DNA of 64,000 bases from a virus (Duplodnaviria > Caudoviricetes): the IMG/VR virus record IMGVR_UViG_3300028907_000004, positions 14,464 through 78,463 of that record; one strand, written 5' to 3'. Within the stretch, counting starts at the first letter, position 1. Every line of letters begins with the position of its first letter. Positions 10,200-19,359 of the stretch are shown here, piece after piece. Under the pieces are notes generated by a model, which made no database searches, was not told the DNA's origin, and was given only the letters and a program-made list of their open reading frames with translations. Position numbers and translations under genes: made by a program.

Positions 10200-10639
10200 C
10201 TCTAAAAATACCCATATTTCCTTCATCGTCCCATAACAAATCAAATCATATCGAAATCCGCTAAAAATAAGAAATTCTTTTCTACTGGACTTCTACATAA
10301 CTTCAATCTACTTTTACCGCCTACGAGAAGAAGAAAAAATACCATTTTATCATGTCTTACTCGTTCCATAAATCATAAAGAAAGAAAAACATTATTTCGA
10401 AAACGAAAAACACCCCAAAATATATCCCAATAACTGCTTATTTTTGCCTACCCCTTTTCGTATACAGGGGTGGGTTGGTACTTATTTTTCATTTACTATG
10501 GACCACCCACCAAGTACCTTATTTCCATATCCAAAATACCGACAAAATATCGTCAGGTGGGGAGTTATTTACGTTTTCATATGTGGGACAACCCAAGTAT
10601 CATTGTTTGGTATTCGTTTTATTGGCTCGGAGTTCAGAG

Positions 10640-11230
10640 GTGGGGGTCCCGCCGGAGGGGGGTGGGGGCTCATTGGTGTGTGGGGTGGGGGTGTGGCCAG
10701 CGCCATGCGTAGGGGGTCCAGGAAGCGTGCGGCGAGAGCTTTTGGCGTATGGTATGGCTCATGATACCGATGCCGGAGAATGCCAAAGACGTGGCGTAAA
10801 TGGCGTGTGCCTAGGTTTGGCTAGGACGTTGGTTGTGGGTCCTCCATGGCGTATGGTATGGAGTTTGAGGTCGGGCATCATACGCCATCAGATACGTGGG
10901 CAGAATGGGGTCCGAATTATCCCGTGGGCCGTGGGGTCCGTTTGGAGTGGAGGGTGGATGGCCGCCCCCTCCAACCCCGATACCACAGACCCCCGATCTG
11001 AAACGGACCCCGCCAAGAAGGGGGTCCGACTTCCTCTGCCCCCTACGAAGTCCACCTGCCTTCCTACCATCTATCCATAATCATTCCTTGTAGCCATAAG
11101 GGGGTCACGCCTTCCTTCCTCGGAGGTCCGGGTCATATCCCTTCTTGCTAGTCATTATCATTCCTACTATGGGGCCATGGGCAAAAAGAAGGGGTCCGAC
11201 ACACCCTTGCCGGACCCCGTAGGACTATGG
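10640..11230. repeat. non-coding GGGGTCCG/CGGACCCC repeat block 1
   Basis: multiple motif copies, G-rich then C-rich halves, no credible ORF. Confidence 0.75.
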
Positions 11231-11245
11231 AAAAATGGTCTACGT

Positions 11246-11332
11246 CTACGTGATGGCGTAAAGCGCCAGAATGATGAATATCTGCGTGGCTAGGAAGGCC
11301 AGCTGGGCGAAGCGTTGGATGGATATGTTCAT
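11246..11332 (-). CDS. 28-aa hydrophobic early peptide
   Basis: AAGGAG RBS then MNISIQRFAQLAFLATQIFIILALYAIT. Confidence 0.5.
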   Translation of the reverse strand: MNISIQRFAQLAFLATQIFIILALYAIT

Positions 11333-11357
11333 GGTGTTCTCCTTGGCAAATACGTGG

Positions 11358-11789
11358 CTAATATACGGTGAGGCCCGATTCCAGATTGTAACTGGCGTCA
11401 TACGGGGTGACGGTATCGCGCTGGATGTACGCTTCCGCAGACGTTTCCGGACCCGCTTCACGGACCTTCCGTTTGGCGTAAAGCAAAGCATCTCTGCAGT
11501 TGGTAAAAGATACGGGGTCCGACTTTACTACACCGCCTTTCTGGCCATAGTACGTGATAACTACCACGTAGGGCACCGCCTTCTTGTGCGGCTTGATAGT
11601 AGGTGCCGTGAAATAGTCTGCTATGATATTTGATTCCATTTGCGAAAGAAGGGGGCACCGAGCAACTTCTATGGAAAATGCGAAGCAAAGACGCTTCCGG
11701 ACTTCCCTATTATAGTCCTTGACCTGGGGGTTGACCAAAGTAAAGGAAGCGTTGATGAGAGAAGTGGTGTTAGAGTAGATGGCTTTCAT
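11358..11789 (-). CDS. early hypothetical protein
   Basis: GGGAGA RBS, 143 aa. Confidence 0.6.
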   Translation of the reverse strand: MKAIYSNTTSLINASFTLVNPQVKDYNREVRKRLCFAFSIEVARCPLLSQMESNIIADYFTAPTIKPHKKAVPYVVVITYYGQKGGVVKSDPVSFTNCRDALLYAKRKVREAGPETSAEAYIQRDTVTPYDASYNLESGLTVY

Positions 11790-11822
11790 GGTTTTTTTTT
11801 CTCCCGTAGTATGGATGGTTGG

Positions 11823-12227
11823 TTACAAAAAAACGGTCTCTGCCTTGTTGCTTTCCAATCTATGGGCAAAAAGCTCCATAGTGTGAGCGTCAAAGTAGAA
11901 AGAACCCACCAACGCTCCATTAGATCCACCGTTTACCAGGGTCCATGAAAGGTGGACGGCCACGCCAAACTCCATACGGTCGTTGTTCTTGAGTGCGTTA
12001 TAGATCGTGCCCGTCAAGCAGACTTCCTTGAATATGGAGCGGAAAAGAGAAGGAAGGGGAAGCGGGGTGGACTTGAAGACCATATTCTTGACCTTTCCCC
12101 ACCCCGCTTCCTCCACAGAGAAGTCAATACCGTGCCCGTGAAGCGTCTCTGCGGAGAAGTCCGGACCTAATGCGTAGGGAAGAATGGCGGCCAGGTATCT
12201 GTATTCAGCGGGGGTCTGTGTAGTCAT
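11823..12227 (-). CDS. early hypothetical protein
   Basis: CCAAGGAGAAAATCATG start context, 134 aa. Confidence 0.7.
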   Translation of the reverse strand: MTTQTPAEYRYLAAILPYALGPDFSAETLHGHGIDFSVEEAGWGKVKNMVFKSTPLPLPSLFRSIFKEVCLTGTIYNALKNNDRMEFGVAVHLSWTLVNGGSNGALVGSFYFDAHTMELFAHRLESNKAETVFL

Positions 12228-12253
12228 GATTTTTCTCCTTGGTTTTGTGTAGT

Positions 12254-12544
12254 TTAGTAGGCGGTGCGGTACGTGGCGTGAAGGTCCCAAAGGTGGTTCG
12301 CTTCTTCCTCTTCAAGCGTGATCTGCCAATCGGGGTCCGTGACTTCCGTTTGCGTCCCATCGGGGTCCGTGCGGCGCAGGTAGTTTGGACGGGGGTCATT
12401 CACGTCAAAGGCGGTGCGCTTCCGGACGGTATAAAGCACCATGCCGGTGGTGGGGTCCGTGATACCAAAAAGCGTGAAACGGAAGCGTCTGTCTGATGTT
12501 TCGTAGGTCCGCAGGATGGTGATGGTGGAGGCGTCTATTTCCAT
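12254..12544 (-). CDS. early hypothetical protein (Asp-Pro rich)
   Basis: AAGGAGCAAAAATCATG; several TDP/RT segments encoded by the CGGACCCC motif. Confidence 0.7.
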   Translation of the reverse strand: MEIDASTITILRTYETSDRRFRFTLFGITDPTTGMVLYTVRKRTAFDVNDPRPNYLRRTDPDGTQTEVTDPDWQITLEEEEANHLWDLHATYRTAY

Positions 12545-12594
12545 GATTTTTGCTCCTTGGGGTCCGGACCTTCCCCGGACCCCGTTTGGGTGTG

Positions 12595-13158
12595 CTAGTT
12601 GATTTGACCCGCTTCGCGCAGAGCGTCTATAAGGTCCGCCAACCTTCCCCGATGGCCGTCATGCTCCAGACCGGGGGTGTGAAGCACGCGCAAGAATTCT
12701 TGAAGGTCCGCCACGTAGGCGGTCAAGGCGGCATGGTTTTCCTGATACTTTGCGATGGCCTCTGCGGTCTCTACGGCGTGTTCCCGCATCATCTGCTCCT
12801 CCACCGCCTTCTCTGCCGTTTCGATGCCTGCGATGAAGGTCCGCTGCGATACGATGTGGGACTTGAGCATATCTATGGCGGTGGAGAGTTCAACCCAGCC
12901 CACCCGCTTCTTGCTCGTGAGTTTATAGAAAGCGTCCGTTTCGTAGGAAGCAAACGTGCCGTATGCGATGATGGCCCCGGACTTACACCGACCGTCCTTG
13001 GCCATATCCGAAATAATCTGGTCATTCGCACGCTTGGTAGCAACCAAGCCATTCGGATTCAAGAGGTGAAAATGAGCCTTCTCCCAATTAGACCATCCGG
13101 AAGCGGGGGCAGTAGCCGTCCGTGTAACCATTTCCCATCTGGATTCGTACTTGCTCAT
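12595..13158 (-). CDS. early hypothetical protein, C-terminal coiled coil
   Basis: AAGGAGCAAATCATG, 187 aa. Confidence 0.75.
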   Translation of the reverse strand: MSKYESRWEMVTRTATAPASGWSNWEKAHFHLLNPNGLVATKRANDQIISDMAKDGRCKSGAIIAYGTFASYETDAFYKLTSKKRVGWVELSTAIDMLKSHIVSQRTFIAGIETAEKAVEEQMMREHAVETAEAIAKYQENHAALTAYVADLQEFLRVLHTPGLEHDGHRGRLADLIDALREAGQIN

Positions 13159-13632
13159 GATTTGCTCCTTGAACCCCCTTTCGGGGTCCGGTATCGGTGT
13201 GTGTTATGGGTCCCTTTTAAGGGACTTCCACAAAGAAAGGCAAGTGGAAATATAGGTATAGAACCAAAAAGTCCAAAATAATTCCACTTGATTTTTCTAT
13301 AGGTATGATTGAAAAATATCATAGATATTTTGGAAAAAACTGGATATTTGCGCTTGACTTTTTTGATCAAACGCGCTCGCCAACAGAAATGGCCAAATCC
13401 GCAAATAGGACCACCCAGGCATATCATACCCCTATTTTCATCATAGAACCACTTTAGGCATCATCACTTTCTAGCCACAGAAATGGACTTTTCCGGCATT
13501 TTGGCTTTTTTCGAGCTTTTTTGATCATAGAGAAAAATTGCCAGAAAAGCACAAATAGGCGGCAAATACGGCATGTGAAGATTTGCCTTTTTTCATGGGT
13601 CATAGTAACTGAAAAAAGAAAAAACGCAGAAT

Positions 13633-14490
13633 CATTTCGGACTAGGGAAGTCCGAATGGGAGGTGTATCAGACCAGAAAGGTCCGAATGAAAATTCATAC
13701 GGCAGGGGTCCGAATTATGATATCAGACCAGAAAGGTCCGAATCATGAAAGCGGACTTCCCTAGTCCGGATTGAAAACCATACTGCGGGGGTCCGGTATC
13801 GCGGCCATTTCGTACTAGGGAAGTCCGAAAGCAGACACCATGCTGCAGGACGGTGCCCGTGTGTAAATACCGGAAGGGACCCCCGGAAGCGGACGGTGAC
13901 GGACGCTGCAGCATGCTGCAGGACGGTGTCGGGGTCCGTCCGCTTCCGGACCTTCCGGACAGCACGGTGTCGGACGGTGTCGGACCCCCGGAAGCGGACC
14001 CCGTAGGACCCAGGACCCCTGGCCACGCTGGGTCCGGAAGGGGTCTGCCGGAAGGCCACATACACTGGAAGTCTGCCCCCTTGGTGCCGGAAGGCCACAA
14101 ACGCCATCACCCGCGCCAAGGACCCACCGGAAGGCCACATACACCACAGGTCTGCAGGCATTCGGACTTCCCTAATCCGAAAAGCACCAAAAGCCATAGG
14201 GAATGAGGGGAAAAGCACCAATTTTCCCCATAGCCAATTTTCCTACACATTTTTATAGGTGCCACACCACGTAAAGGGCACCGACAAAAAGAAGGGGTCC
14301 GCTTTCCCTACGGGGTCCGCTTCATTTCCACCCTACGTCAAATCATTCGCAACCTAGTCCGCTTCCGGACCTTTCGGACACCCCCGCTTTCCTACGTCAA
14401 ATCATAGACCAAAAAGAAGGGGTCCGAACCCTTCCCACGGCCAGACCCCTTTATTGTTTCCATACTATTGGGCAACCTAGTCCGAAAGCT
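13633..14490. repeat. non-coding repeat block 2 (dyads, direct and inverted repeats)
   Basis: CGGACTAGGGAAGTCCG x4 (two with one mismatch), TATCAGACCAGAAAGGTCCGAAT x2, CCGGAAGGCCACA x3, CCTACGTCAAATCAT x2. Confidence 0.85.
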
Positions 14491-14773
14491 CCATAACACA
14501 ATCCCATTCTCCATATGCCTTTGACGCACCGTAATGCGGGTGGTTGTGTATATAGTCCAAAGAGGAATGTACAGCAAGGAAGTCCGCCACCTGAAGGCCA
14601 GTAAGTCCCGCCGCTTTGTATTCCATCACTTTTTCCTCTGCCTTTCGGCCAAGGTCCTCCACTGTTTTGGCCACAGTATAGTTCAAAAGCGCACGGACTT
14701 CTCCGGCAGTTATGGCCATTCGCTCATCGGATTCCATCAAACGCAGACGTTCATACAACTCTTTTACGGTCAT
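14477..14773 (-). CDS. early hypothetical protein
   Basis: GGAGG RBS, 98 aa. Confidence 0.65.
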   Translation of the reverse strand: MTVKELYERLRLMESDERMAITAGEVRALLNYTVAKTVEDLGRKAEEKVMEYKAAGLTGLQVADFLAVHSSLDYIHNHPHYGASKAYGEWDCVMELSD

Positions 14774-14819
14774 TTTTCTTCCTCCATTCAAATAATCAAA
14801 CAAAATATAATGGGGTCCG

Positions 14820-15056
14820 TCACGTTTGTAGTGGCCTGTTATAGTGCTGGACAGCCTTGTTATACAACTTGTATGCGTGGTCTATGCGCTTTGCCGTACC
14901 AAATAGAGTTTGGAAAGCGGGTGACCGGAAGGCATACACCCGATACACGCCACCGTCATAGACTAGGTTGATCACCACGCCGTCCAGACTATTCGGAAGC
15001 GCAGTGCTGATGCCCAATCCTGCTTTGAATTCGGAAGGTCCCAGTGGGTATCGCAT
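14820..15056 (-). CDS. early hypothetical protein
   Basis: GGAG RBS, 78 aa. Confidence 0.6.
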   Translation of the reverse strand: MRYPLGPSEFKAGLGISTALPNSLDGVVINLVYDGGVYRVYAFRSPAFQTLFGTAKRIDHAYKLYNKAVQHYNRPLQT

Positions 15057-15059
15057 AAT

Positions 15060-15365
15060 TCACTCCACACGGTCAAATATCTTGATAGGATGGGAGAAGG
15101 GGAAGCGTGAGTCACTACTGTACAGGAAGTTGCCCCCAAACATATAATGCCGTCCGCTTCCATAGTCCGATGGCGCTGCTATGTAATCCCTGAATTGCGG
15201 ACGGAAATGGAGGTGTAACACGCTTTCCCTTCCTTCCGTTTCGAACACAGGGGGCACGTTTGTCCCCACAAGAATGACGGCGTGGTACCGCGAAGACACC
15301 CCGCCATTCGTACAATCGCCCATATTGCTGGGCCGATACACTGTACATAAAAGTCCTGTGGCCAT
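15060..15365 (-). CDS. early hypothetical protein
   Basis: DCTNGGVSS...MFGGNF motifs typical of small phage early proteins. Confidence 0.65.
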   Translation of the reverse strand: MATGLLCTVYRPSNMGDCTNGGVSSRYHAVILVGTNVPPVFETEGRESVLHLHFRPQFRDYIAAPSDYGSGRHYMFGGNFLYSSDSRFPFSHPIKIFDRVE

Positions 15366-15366
15366 A

Positions 15367-15555
15367 CTACACCCCCGATATAGGTTGGAGTTCATTTTCT
15401 TCTACAGCGTACCAAGGCGCATCGTGCGGAGTTATGTGGTAACATGGACCCCTTTGCTCCATAACACAGTCCACTATGGTTCGCACCCCATTATCACGTC
15501 CATAACTATTGACCCAGTGGACTTTCTGGCCTGGTTTGTACTTGAAAGTGCCCAT
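15367..15555 (-). CDS. small SH3-like early protein
   Basis: FKYKPGQKVHW pattern, GGAG RBS. Confidence 0.55.
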   Translation of the reverse strand: MGTFKYKPGQKVHWVNSYGRDNGVRTIVDCVMEQRGPCYHITPHDAPWYAVEENELQPISGV

Positions 15556-15556
15556 A

Positions 15557-15934
15557 TCATTCTCCATAACTTGCTGGAATAGGTTCACCCGATATATCGC
15601 AGAACAGCATATCATCTTCGTAGTTAATGTCCACGGCCACAATACGGTTCAATGTTTTTCTTTTAACATTGTCCAATTGCGTCTTCAGGTCCGACAAACA
15701 GCCTTTAAAAGACACGGCATAGCCATCATTGGTCACGAAGTACATCTGGTATCCACCCGGCCAGGCATACTCGCCAGCGCGCAACGTGGCCTTCAGGTCT
15801 GCCGTAGTGTTGATGGTACGGTGTGTTTGTTTATAGTTATGGCGCAGGGGTGCGCGGGTGCTCCAACTAGGGGTCCGGGTATCGTACAAGCCCCCATCGC
15901 TTTCGCTGATAAAAAAGTGCTCCGGAAGGTTCAT
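15557..15934 (-). CDS. early hypothetical protein
   Basis: YAWPGGY-MYFVTNDG motif, 125 aa. Confidence 0.65.
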   Translation of the reverse strand: MNLPEHFFISESDGGLYDTRTPSWSTRAPLRHNYKQTHRTINTTADLKATLRAGEYAWPGGYQMYFVTNDGYAVSFKGCLSDLKTQLDNVKRKTLNRIVAVDINYEDDMLFCDISGEPIPASYGE

Positions 15935-15936
15935 GA

Positions 15937-16164
15937 CTACACCGCCTTGTTTACTATGGTTGAAATTTCACGTTCAAGAAAAAGGGCATACTCAACCCCT
16001 TCCAGGAACACCCCACTATCGCGCTGCCACTTCCTGGCCTTCCGGATTGCTCTTTCTGTTACGTTGAACCTTCCGGACACCGGCCACAAGTGCGAGGTAT
16101 CCGTTTGCCGGAAGCGGGCATTTATCTGGCGTTTGGTCATACTGTTCCAGGGGCTGCTTACCAT
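15937..16164 (-). CDS. early hypothetical protein
   Basis: AAGGAG RBS, 75 aa. Confidence 0.6.
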   Translation of the reverse strand: MVSSPWNSMTKRQINARFRQTDTSHLWPVSGRFNVTERAIRKARKWQRDSGVFLEGVEYALFLEREISTIVNKAV

Positions 16165-16179
16165 GTATGTCTCCTTGGC

Positions 16180-16476
16180 TCAATAGCCATCATCGTAGTC
16201 ATCCGGATACATTCCGCCAGACACGGGGTCATTTTCGTCCGGAAGGTGGGCCGTGCTTGCCTGGGGCGCCAGCGCTTTGCTAGTCCAATTTTCTGCCGCT
16301 TCCGGATATTCGGCCAACGCTGCTTCCTCTGTTTCAAAATTGTCCAGGAAGCAAGTCACCGTTTGCCCCGCCAACACGCTGTCCGGCGGCATTTCCTTGA
16401 AGCCAACTACGTCCACCCCGCCATACTTTCCCTGGCGCAGGGAAAGCCACAAATACTCTTGGTCATTACTAGGCAT
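16180..16476 (-). CDS. acidic early hypothetical protein
   Basis: AAGGAG RBS, first gene downstream of promoter P1. Confidence 0.7.
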   Translation of the reverse strand: MPSNDQEYLWLSLRQGKYGGVDVVGFKEMPPDSVLAGQTVTCFLDNFETEEAALAEYPEAAENWTSKALAPQASTAHLPDENDPVSGGMYPDDYDDGY

Positions 16477-16516
16477 TGTCTTTCTCCTTGGTTTATTTTC
16501 CGACTCACATGCCTTT

Positions 16517-16564
16517 TATATACGTCTGACCCTGTGAGAAGTCAAGGACTTTTCTTGATATCTT
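16517..16564 (-). promoter_or_regulatory. early sigma70-type promoter P1
   Basis: TTGACT(16545-16540)-17 bp-TATATA(16522-16517). Confidence 0.8.
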
Positions 16565-16570
16565 CTATTT

Positions 16571-16795
16571 TTATTTGATACCGGACGATGGGCGGAAGGT
16601 CCCTTTATCAAAATACATCGAGTTGCGGACCCCTTGTTTCACTGGCTTTTTGCGGTACAGCTCCCAGTGGCTTCCGGCATCGCGGACCCCATAGTTGGAC
16701 ATAGTGTCTCCCAAGAATTTCATGTTGTTTCTGCTGAAGAAAAGGCCATTAGGGTGCGCGCTTTCATACTGGCGCTTGAGCTCATATGGGGTCAT
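16571..16795 (-). CDS. early hypothetical protein
   Basis: FFSRNNMKFLGDT motif, AAGGAG RBS. Confidence 0.65.
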   Translation of the reverse strand: MTPYELKRQYESAHPNGLFFSRNNMKFLGDTMSNYGVRDAGSHWELYRKKPVKQGVRNSMYFDKGTFRPSSGIK

Positions 16796-16818
16796 GATAT
16801 TCCACTCCTTGCGTTTGC

Positions 16819-17520
16819 CTATGCGGCAGTTTTGACCATTACGGGGCACAGCCTACTCAATGAATTGGTGAGGTGCTGTAGCATACTATCCATTTCCTCT
16901 GCGGCCCAACTCTGCCCAACAATACCCCACACTGATTCTCCAGGTCCCTCATCGTATATTACACCATCATCATCGCATTCGGGGTCCGTGTGGTCGATGT
17001 GATACGTGCCCACTTCTACGCCAAATACATCCCCATTCAAATACGATATGTATTCATCTATTTCCAGTTCCATGTATCTGCGTGCCTTCCGGTACGCTGC
17101 CGGACCTTTGCCCCATTCCTTCTTTATTGTCTCCGGAGACATGTAGAAAATGGCGTCGTGTGCCCATTCTACTGGGCTGGCGAAGTCCCCAAGCACGCAA
17201 GCGTCCGGATCAATAGGAATGACGAGGAAGCCAAGTTGGCGCGCAGTAGCCACAAGGACTTCGATGTCAGAGAAGTCCCTGAATGCCTTGCTGTCTTCGT
17301 CTTCCCAACCTGCCCGGAAGCGGGGGTGACGTCGGACTTCCGTCAAAAGATTGTACCTGCTGGCGTGCTTGTCCGTGTGAACGTCGGTACGGGGTCCCAG
17401 ACCCAAAAGCGTAGTCGCGCAATCCATCATCGTCCGTGGGTTGGTCGGCCAGGGGTCACGAACAACCTTGCCGTACACTCCACCCTCAAACACGGTCATT
17501 ACGGTATTGCGATCAGACAT
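16819..17520 (-). CDS. early hypothetical protein
   Basis: 233 aa, AAGGAG RBS, YLNGDVFG motif. Confidence 0.7.
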   Translation of the reverse strand: MSDRNTVMTVFEGGVYGKVVRDPWPTNPRTMMDCATTLLGLGPRTDVHTDKHASRYNLLTEVRRHPRFRAGWEDEDSKAFRDFSDIEVLVATARQLGFLVIPIDPDACVLGDFASPVEWAHDAIFYMSPETIKKEWGKGPAAYRKARRYMELEIDEYISYLNGDVFGVEVGTYHIDHTDPECDDDGVIYDEGPGESVWGIVGQSWAAEEMDSMLQHLTNSLSRLCPVMVKTAA

Positions 17521-17845
17521 GGCCATTCTCCTTGTTAGTTTGGGCCGATTTATGGCCGCAGGGGGTCTCATTGAACATCAGGGCAAAAAGGGGTCTGCCA
17601 TTGGATTTGAGCTGGACTTCGATGATGGGCCATTCGTCTGATACCTTGACCCTGCCCTTGCTCCACTGGGACAGCTGTTCCATTTTCCGGAGAAGGGACA
17701 GAACACGGCGGGGGGTGATGTCGTCTTCGCCAAAGACGATGTCCCGCTCAACGATGTAGGACGCATTCCACGTCCAACACCCTTCTTCCTTCCAGGCATC
17801 AATAGACACCAGGTCCGCTTTGAAAAATCGTGCTTCCTTTGCCAT
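17513..17845 (-). CDS. early hypothetical protein
   Basis: AAGGAG RBS preceded by motif hairpin. Confidence 0.65.
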   Translation of the reverse strand: MAKEARFFKADLVSIDAWKEEGCWTWNASYIVERDIVFGEDDITPRRVLSLLRKMEQLSQWSKGRVKVSDEWPIIEVQLKSNGRPLFALMFNETPCGHKSAQTNKENGHV

Positions 17846-17903
17846 GACGTCTACTCCTTGACGGGGGTCCGGAAGGTCCGGACCCCCTGTGTTGTGTTCC
17901 GAC

Positions 17904-18509
17904 TTACTTGGCACCGGCCACCGCCTTGGCCTTCTTGACGTCGGGGAAAGTGGACTTGATCAGCGCGGTGGTGTACTGGTAAACCGTGCGTGCGATGGTG
18001 CCCGCCTTCTCTCCGGTGTACTCTGCGATTTCACGGCTGATGGGCCAAGTGAAGGCAGACGCCAAGTGGCTGCGATTGACCTTTTGGCCTTGCGGGGTCC
18101 GTGCGGCCAAATCGGCATACGCTTCCTTGCCCTTCCGCTTGACGTCCAGCGCCACAGCGCACTGGCCGCACAGATACTTTCCCCGTCTCTTGAGCTCTGC
18201 GCCGGCACCACACTTCTCGCACTGGTGGGCTTCCTGCGCGGGGGTGACGGGGTCCGCTTCCTTCTTTGCTGCCGCCTTGGGCTTGCCTTCCTTCTTGGTC
18301 GGTGCGGGGGTGACGACTTCCTGCACGGGCGTGGGCTCCAGTGCGAGCAGGACAACTTCCGCATCGACGTGGGTGTCACCGAAATGATCGGTCAGTGCGG
18401 CACGCTGGGTGGCCAGGTTGGCTTCCTCGGGCACGTCCACCTTGTAGTGGTTGATCATGGCGGTGGCCTGGGACTTGTTAACACGGTTCAGATTCACGGA
18501 CTTGGACAT
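17904..18509 (-). CDS. early Lys/Ala-rich protein with CxxC...CxxC
   Basis: AAGGAG RBS; CEKC...CGQC; phage-like codon usage. Confidence 0.75.
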   Translation of the reverse strand: MSKSVNLNRVNKSQATAMINHYKVDVPEEANLATQRAALTDHFGDTHVDAEVVLLALEPTPVQEVVTPAPTKKEGKPKAAAKKEADPVTPAQEAHQCEKCGAGAELKRRGKYLCGQCAVALDVKRKGKEAYADLAARTPQGQKVNRSHLASAFTWPISREIAEYTGEKAGTIARTVYQYTTALIKSTFPDVKKAKAVAGAK

Positions 18510-18571
18510 GGCTTGCTCCTTGGGTTGGTGGTTGGTTTTTGTTTTCTTCCTTCTTCGTCTCACTTGCCCTT

Positions 18572-18619
18572 TTTATAGGGGTTTGTGCCGGAGAAGTCAA
18601 GGACTTTTCTTGATATCTT
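18572..18619 (-). promoter_or_regulatory. early sigma70-type promoter P2
   Basis: TTGACT(18600-18595)-17 bp-TATAAA(18577-18572); 29 bp identical to P1. Confidence 0.85.
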
Positions 18620-18631
18620 GAAAATTATTTT

Positions 18632-18766
18632 TTACAGGGCAAATCCGACTACCACGAAAAGTGCGATCAAAATCAAATACAGGGCCAGGACAAAAGGGCC
18701 ATCTTCGTCAAGAAACGGTCCGGACTTGCGGCGAAGTCCTACGGTGCCTTGGTAAAGCGTGCTCAT
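18632..18766 (-). CDS. small membrane peptide
   Basis: 44 aa with C-terminal TM segment. Confidence 0.45.
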   Translation of the reverse strand: MSTLYQGTVGLRRKSGPFLDEDGPFVLALYLILIALFVVVGFAL

Positions 18767-18767
18767 G

Positions 18768-19022
18768 CTAGTAGCCCCGCCGCATGCCGGCAATCTTGCC
18801 TTCCGGAGTGATGGTGATGTCCTTGAGGTACCCACCGCGAATGCGGACCCAATCACCCGATTCGGTGCGGACTTCATACCGGATGGACCTGGCCTGAATC
18901 TTGAGGCGGTACTGCCTGCCCCCTTCTTCCTTCTTCAGGTTGCCATATCGGTCACGAGTGTGCCCACGACCTTCAGCCCAAGCGTAAATTTCACGGACCT
19001 TTTTTTCATTCTTGGTGCTCAT
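18768..19022 (-). CDS. early basic hypothetical protein
   Basis: AAGGAG RBS, 84 aa, first gene after P3. Confidence 0.7.
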   Translation of the reverse strand: MSTKNEKKVREIYAWAEGRGHTRDRYGNLKKEEGGRQYRLKIQARSIRYEVRTESGDWVRIRGGYLKDITITPEGKIAGMRRGY

Positions 19023-19065
19023 AGTCTTACTCCTTGAAGGTTGTTTTCTTGATCCAGATGCCCTT

Positions 19066-19100
19066 TTTATAGGTATGAATTGGGGAAAAGTCAAGGACTT
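19066..19100 (-). promoter_or_regulatory. early sigma70-type promoter P3
   Basis: TTGACT(19094-19089)-17 bp-TATAAA(19071-19066), same AAGTCCTTGACTT context. Confidence 0.85.
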
Positions 19101-19359
19101 TTTTGGACTTCCCCAAAAATAAATTTACTTTTTCCACTTTTTTCTTTCGGCATCATTTCCGGCATCATAAAAAAGGCGCATACCTTTATCCAAGAAAAGT
19201 CCTAGCATGCGGGATTGCCCACTTTCTGCGCGTTGATTTTTGGGTCATATTGGAGCGAACCAGCAAAAGCTCCAAAAGTATCCGGATACAGGAATGCCCC
19301 ACCGTGGTCAATTTTTGGCCCTTCCTGCCGGAGACCAAATTTCACCAGGGTGTAGCTGG

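Noticed and set aside
10444-11093. ORFs of 65-201 aa in repeat block 1
   Set aside because: Low-complexity Gly/Pro translations without RBS, produced by G/C-rich repeats
13266-13360. Additional sigma70 promoters in the AT-rich 13.2-13.6 kb gap
   Set aside because: TTGACT/TGGACT hexamers lack a properly spaced -10 element
13715-14221. Overlapping ORFs on both strands in repeat block 2
   Set aside because: Several mutually overlapping frames, no RBS, repeat-derived composition
13633-14490. CRISPR array or mini-array
   Set aside because: Repeats vary in length and orientation with no constant repeat-spacer period, and no cas genes are present
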